This document shows positions 33,518 through 36,099 of a DNA stretch of 36,099 nt, piece after piece; positions within the stretch are counted from its first letter, which is position 1; every line of letters starts with the position of its first letter. The notes below the pieces were generated by a model, which was not told the origin of the DNA, ran no database searches, and was given only the letters and a program-made list of their open reading frames with translations. The position numbers and the translations under genes are program-made. The stretch is from a virus (Duplodnaviria > Caudoviricetes). Location of the stretch: positions 1-36,099 of the IMG/VR virus record IMGVR_UViG_3300038313_000049. The stretch is one strand, 5' to 3'.

Positions 33518-34798
33518 ATGGCCAGTATAAGAAAACGCGGAAAAGGATATCAAATAACCGTCAGTAACGGCAGAAAATCGGACGGCACGCAGATTATAGA
33601 GACTGCTACGTTTATTCCGGATCCGGACAAGACCGAGCGGCAAAACCGAAAAGCCCTGGAAAAATTTGTAGTTGAATTCGAAGATAAGGTTATATCCGGG
33701 CAATATCTTAATGGCGGTAAAATGCTTTATAAAGATTATGTTGAGCTTTGGCTGAAAGACTACGCACAAAAGCAAATGGAACAGACCTCAATCGAACGTT
33801 GTGAAAGCTCCCTGAATAATCTTATCGTGCCCGAAATCGGGCACCTGAAGTTAAGCCAAATACGTCCGCTGCACATTCAGGATTTTTATAACAAGCTGTT
33901 AAAAGACGGATATACCGTTCAAGGAAAGAAAAAACCCTATAAGGCAAACACAATCAAGCGGATCCATCAAATCATCAGCAGCACTCTGAATACCGCCGTA
34001 CAATGGCAGCTGATAGAGTCTAATCCCTGCAAAAGGGTCAAACCGCCCAAGCCGGACAGATCGGCTGCGGACATAAAATACTTTACGTTGGAACAAGCAA
34101 AAATATTTCTGGATTATCTCGATGAAGAGTATACGACATCCAGCGGCGGCAGAATAAGAAAAGATGGTTCGCCATCAGCCAGGCACTTTGAAACGCATAC
34201 TGTCCCGCTACAGCAAAAGATATTTTTCTTTCTCGCGCTGTTTGGGGGATTCCGGTTAGGCGAATCGATTGCCTTAACATGGAGTGATGTAGACTTTAAA
34301 AATAATACAATCAGTATTACAAAGTCGGCTGCAAGAACAAAACAGGGGCAGATTACCAAAGCTCCTAAAAATTATTCATCTGTCAGAACGGTCTCAATGC
34401 CCCTGGATGTGATGAAGATGCTCAAACAATATAAATCCGCGCAGAACGTGGAGAGACTGTCCTTGGGGTCATATTGGCAGGGTGAAGGGCATATATTCAC
34501 AAAAGATAACGGAGCACAGATGGATATCAGCACGCCCAATCATGCGTTTAAGAAAATTATAAAACGATACAATGCGGATCCGGATCACGAAGAGAAACTA
34601 CCAGAAATAACCTTGCATGGACTTCGGCACACATCCGCCACCTTGCTGATCGCTGACCGGGTAGACTTAAAAACGGTATCATCCAGGCTGGGACACTCGG
34701 AGATTTCCACCACGATGGACATCTATGCGCACGCCCTTCGCAAAAAAGATGAAGCAGCAGCAGATTCACTTGGTGGGATGTTTAAAAGTGCAAAATAA
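33518..34798 (+). CDS. int: Tyrosine integrase
   Basis: GFRLGESIALTWSD, HGLRHT, RLGHS and MDIYAH catalytic motifs; N-terminal arm-binding region MASIRKRG. Confidence 0.95.
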   Translation: MASIRKRGKGYQITVSNGRKSDGTQIIETATFIPDPDKTERQNRKALEKFVVEFEDKVISGQYLNGGKMLYKDYVELWLKDYAQKQMEQTSIERCESSLNNLIVPEIGHLKLSQIRPLHIQDFYNKLLKDGYTVQGKKKPYKANTIKRIHQIISSTLNTAVQWQLIESNPCKRVKPPKPDRSAADIKYFTLEQAKIFLDYLDEEYTTSSGGRIRKDGSPSARHFETHTVPLQQKIFFFLALFGGFRLGESIALTWSDVDFKNNTISITKSAARTKQGQITKAPKNYSSVRTVSMPLDVMKMLKQYKSAQNVERLSLGSYWQGEGHIFTKDNGAQMDISTPNHAFKKIIKRYNADPDHEEKLPEITLHGLRHTSATLLIADRVDLKTVSSRLGHSEISTTMDIYAHALRKKDEAAADSLGGMFKSAK

Positions 34799-34803
34799 GC
34801 AAC

Positions 34804-35072
34804 GTTAGTCAATTGTTAGTCAAGACATAAAAACAGGCCACCCCACAAAATGGAGTAACCTTCGCTTTTCCTTGTATTTACAGGCTTTTTTTAATCGAAG
34901 CGACGGGATTCGAACCCACGACCTCTGCGTCCCGAACTTTAGATTTTGCTCTTTATAACTTTTCATTTTTTCCAAAAACGTTGATTTTATGCGGTTTTTA
35001 CAGGTTTTGCTTTTTCTAACTTTTGTAGTTTAATCTATCTTTTTATAACTTTGTTAGTCAAATGTTAGTCAA
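34804..35072. other. attP: core resembling the tRNA-Pro(CGG) 3' half, flanked by arm-type sites
   Basis: Minus strand 34936-34895 = TTCGGGA CGCAG AGGTC GTGGG TTCGAAT CCCGT CGCTTCG A. GTTAGTCAA at 34804, 34815, 35053 and 35064. Confidence 0.88.
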
Positions 35073-35136
35073 GAACTGTAAAAAGCTCTTCCTAATTATA
35101 GGCGACATTTGATTAAAGCCCCGAGGGGCTATCAAA

Positions 35137-36099
35137 TTAGGAAATCAAACTCTTAAAAGTATTATATCCTGCAATACCGTCCACAGTAAGGCCATGTGCA
35201 CTCTGATACTGCCGCACTGCCGCATCACAGCCGGCACCAAAGCTGCCGTCCACACCATTAGGATTGTATCCACGCAGCATAAGTAATATCTGTAGTGCGC
35301 GTACCATCTCCTGCGACTCCCCGATCCGGACAGTATGACCGCTCAGCGCTGCATCCGTTTTGGCTCCCGGGATACCGTCTACCTTAAGCCCGACACCATA
35401 ATCCATGTTAGCTGCCTGCTGGAGCACCATAACGCCGCCTCTGACCGTCGCAGCCCCCCGGATTCCATCCTCTTTTAGTCCTGCATTGCAGAAGTTATTG
35501 CAGTGTATCTGCCCGTCTCTGACAATTGGATTGTTTGTTGCAGGGACTGACTGCGCCGCTTGTGCTGGCTGTACAGTCTGCACCTTGTCCGGTATAACGT
35601 ACTGTGTGGCCATCCATCCTATTATAGACTGCACTTTAACGCGTGTCCAACTACCAGAGGTCTGACCATCAACCTCAAACCGGTTACCCTTGTTAAGAGA
35701 TAGTAATATTGCCCCTCCCGGAGACTGTCTTACACGCACGCTATTCCCGCCACATGTCGCTGTGCCCATGGGCTTCCATGCACTTGCCTGTGCCGGTTGT
35801 GGTGTCGGTATAGACTGCTGTCCGCTGATCTGTGCCTTAAAATCTTGCCATGTATGCTTTGTGTGATTGTACACGTATGGATTCGGACATATCTTACCAG
35901 TTACATCGTAATGTCGGATAACATGATCTGCTGGCACTCCATACTTAGCCATAAGCTCCCGTGTCAATTGGATAGCACTTGCAACTGTGGCATCCTCAAA
36001 ATACCAGTCTCGGCTTGTATCAGCTTTACTGCCCTTATTGCGGACGCACAACTCAATACCGATAGAGTTAGCATTGCGACACTCTGGATGCTTGTAATG
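35137..36099 (-). CDS. Endolysin: N-acetylmuramoyl-L-alanine amidase + SH3b + peptidoglycan-binding domains (5' end outside the window)
   Basis: Frame is open to the window edge (HPECRNANSIGIELC); VIRHYDVTGKICP; VRVRQSP SH3b; DGSFGAGCDAAVRQYQSAHGLTVDGIAG. Confidence 0.9.
   Translation of the reverse strand, partial: HYKHPECRNANSIGIELCVRNKGSKADTSRDWYFEDATVASAIQLTRELMAKYGVPADHVIRHYDVTGKICPNPYVYNHTKHTWQDFKAQISGQQSIPTPQPAQASAWKPMGTATCGGNSVRVRQSPGGAILLSLNKGNRFEVDGQTSGSWTRVKVQSIIGWMATQYVIPDKVQTVQPAQAAQSVPATNNPIVRDGQIHCNNFCNAGLKEDGIRGAATVRGGVMVLQQAANMDYGVGLKVDGIPGAKTDAALSGHTVRIGESQEMVRALQILLMLRGYNPNGVDGSFGAGCDAAVRQYQSAHGLTVDGIAGYNTFKSLIS

Larger units (their letters stand above)
1..36099. mobile_element. 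Temperate siphovirus genome (partial, attP form)
   Basis: Continuous phage gene content with no host genes; int-attP-lysin junction. Confidence 0.92.

Noticed and set aside
31315-34769. Minus-strand ORFs over the lysogeny module (e.g. 31485-32036)
   Set aside because: Antisense to well-supported genes and compositionally not protein-like.
34895-34936. Functional tRNA-Pro gene
   Set aside because: Only the 3' half is present, with no D arm or 5' acceptor strand; it is the attP core.
35113-35131. Hairpin AGCCC-CTCG-GGGCT after the lysin stop as a terminator
   Set aside because: Short stem and poor U tract; plausible but too weak to call.
1-36099. Diversity-generating retroelement or invertible tail-fibre cassette
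   Set aside because: No reverse transcriptase, TR/VR pair or serine invertase was seen. The distal tail-fibre and holin region lies outside the window, so it cannot be excluded there.

Overview
The window is about 36 kb of a temperate siphovirus genome of a Firmicutes host; the gene families suggest Clostridia/Lachnospiraceae, which is an inference. The integrase sits next to an intact attP (3' half of tRNA-Pro(CGG) between two pairs of arm-type repeats) and then the endolysin, so this looks like the excised or circular form. The minus strand, read right to left, carries early HTH genes, a DUF2800 / DUF2815 SSB / PolA / VapE primase-helicase / VRR-NUC / SNF2 replication module, a RinA/ArpU-type late activator, a structured RNA region with an aberrant tRNA-like element, an AT-rich two-gene moron, terminases, portal, a MuF protein with toxin-like extension plus candidate immunity gene, a phage-encoded Prp protease, scaffold, capsid, head-tail and tail genes. 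The plus strand carries the lysogeny module (repressor, ImmA-type protease, lipoprotein, TPR protein, integrase). The most striking observation is that the major capsid and major tail genes both end in TCG GGG GAA + stop, each followed by a candidate pseudoknot. In both, the -1 frame encodes a short homologous peptide (IAGQAIPGYAILSE / IVGQGIVDMAIISE), suggesting a shared frameshift-appended docking tag on head and tail. A canonical G/GT chaperone frameshift is also present. Product calls come from motif recognition and gene order, not database searches.
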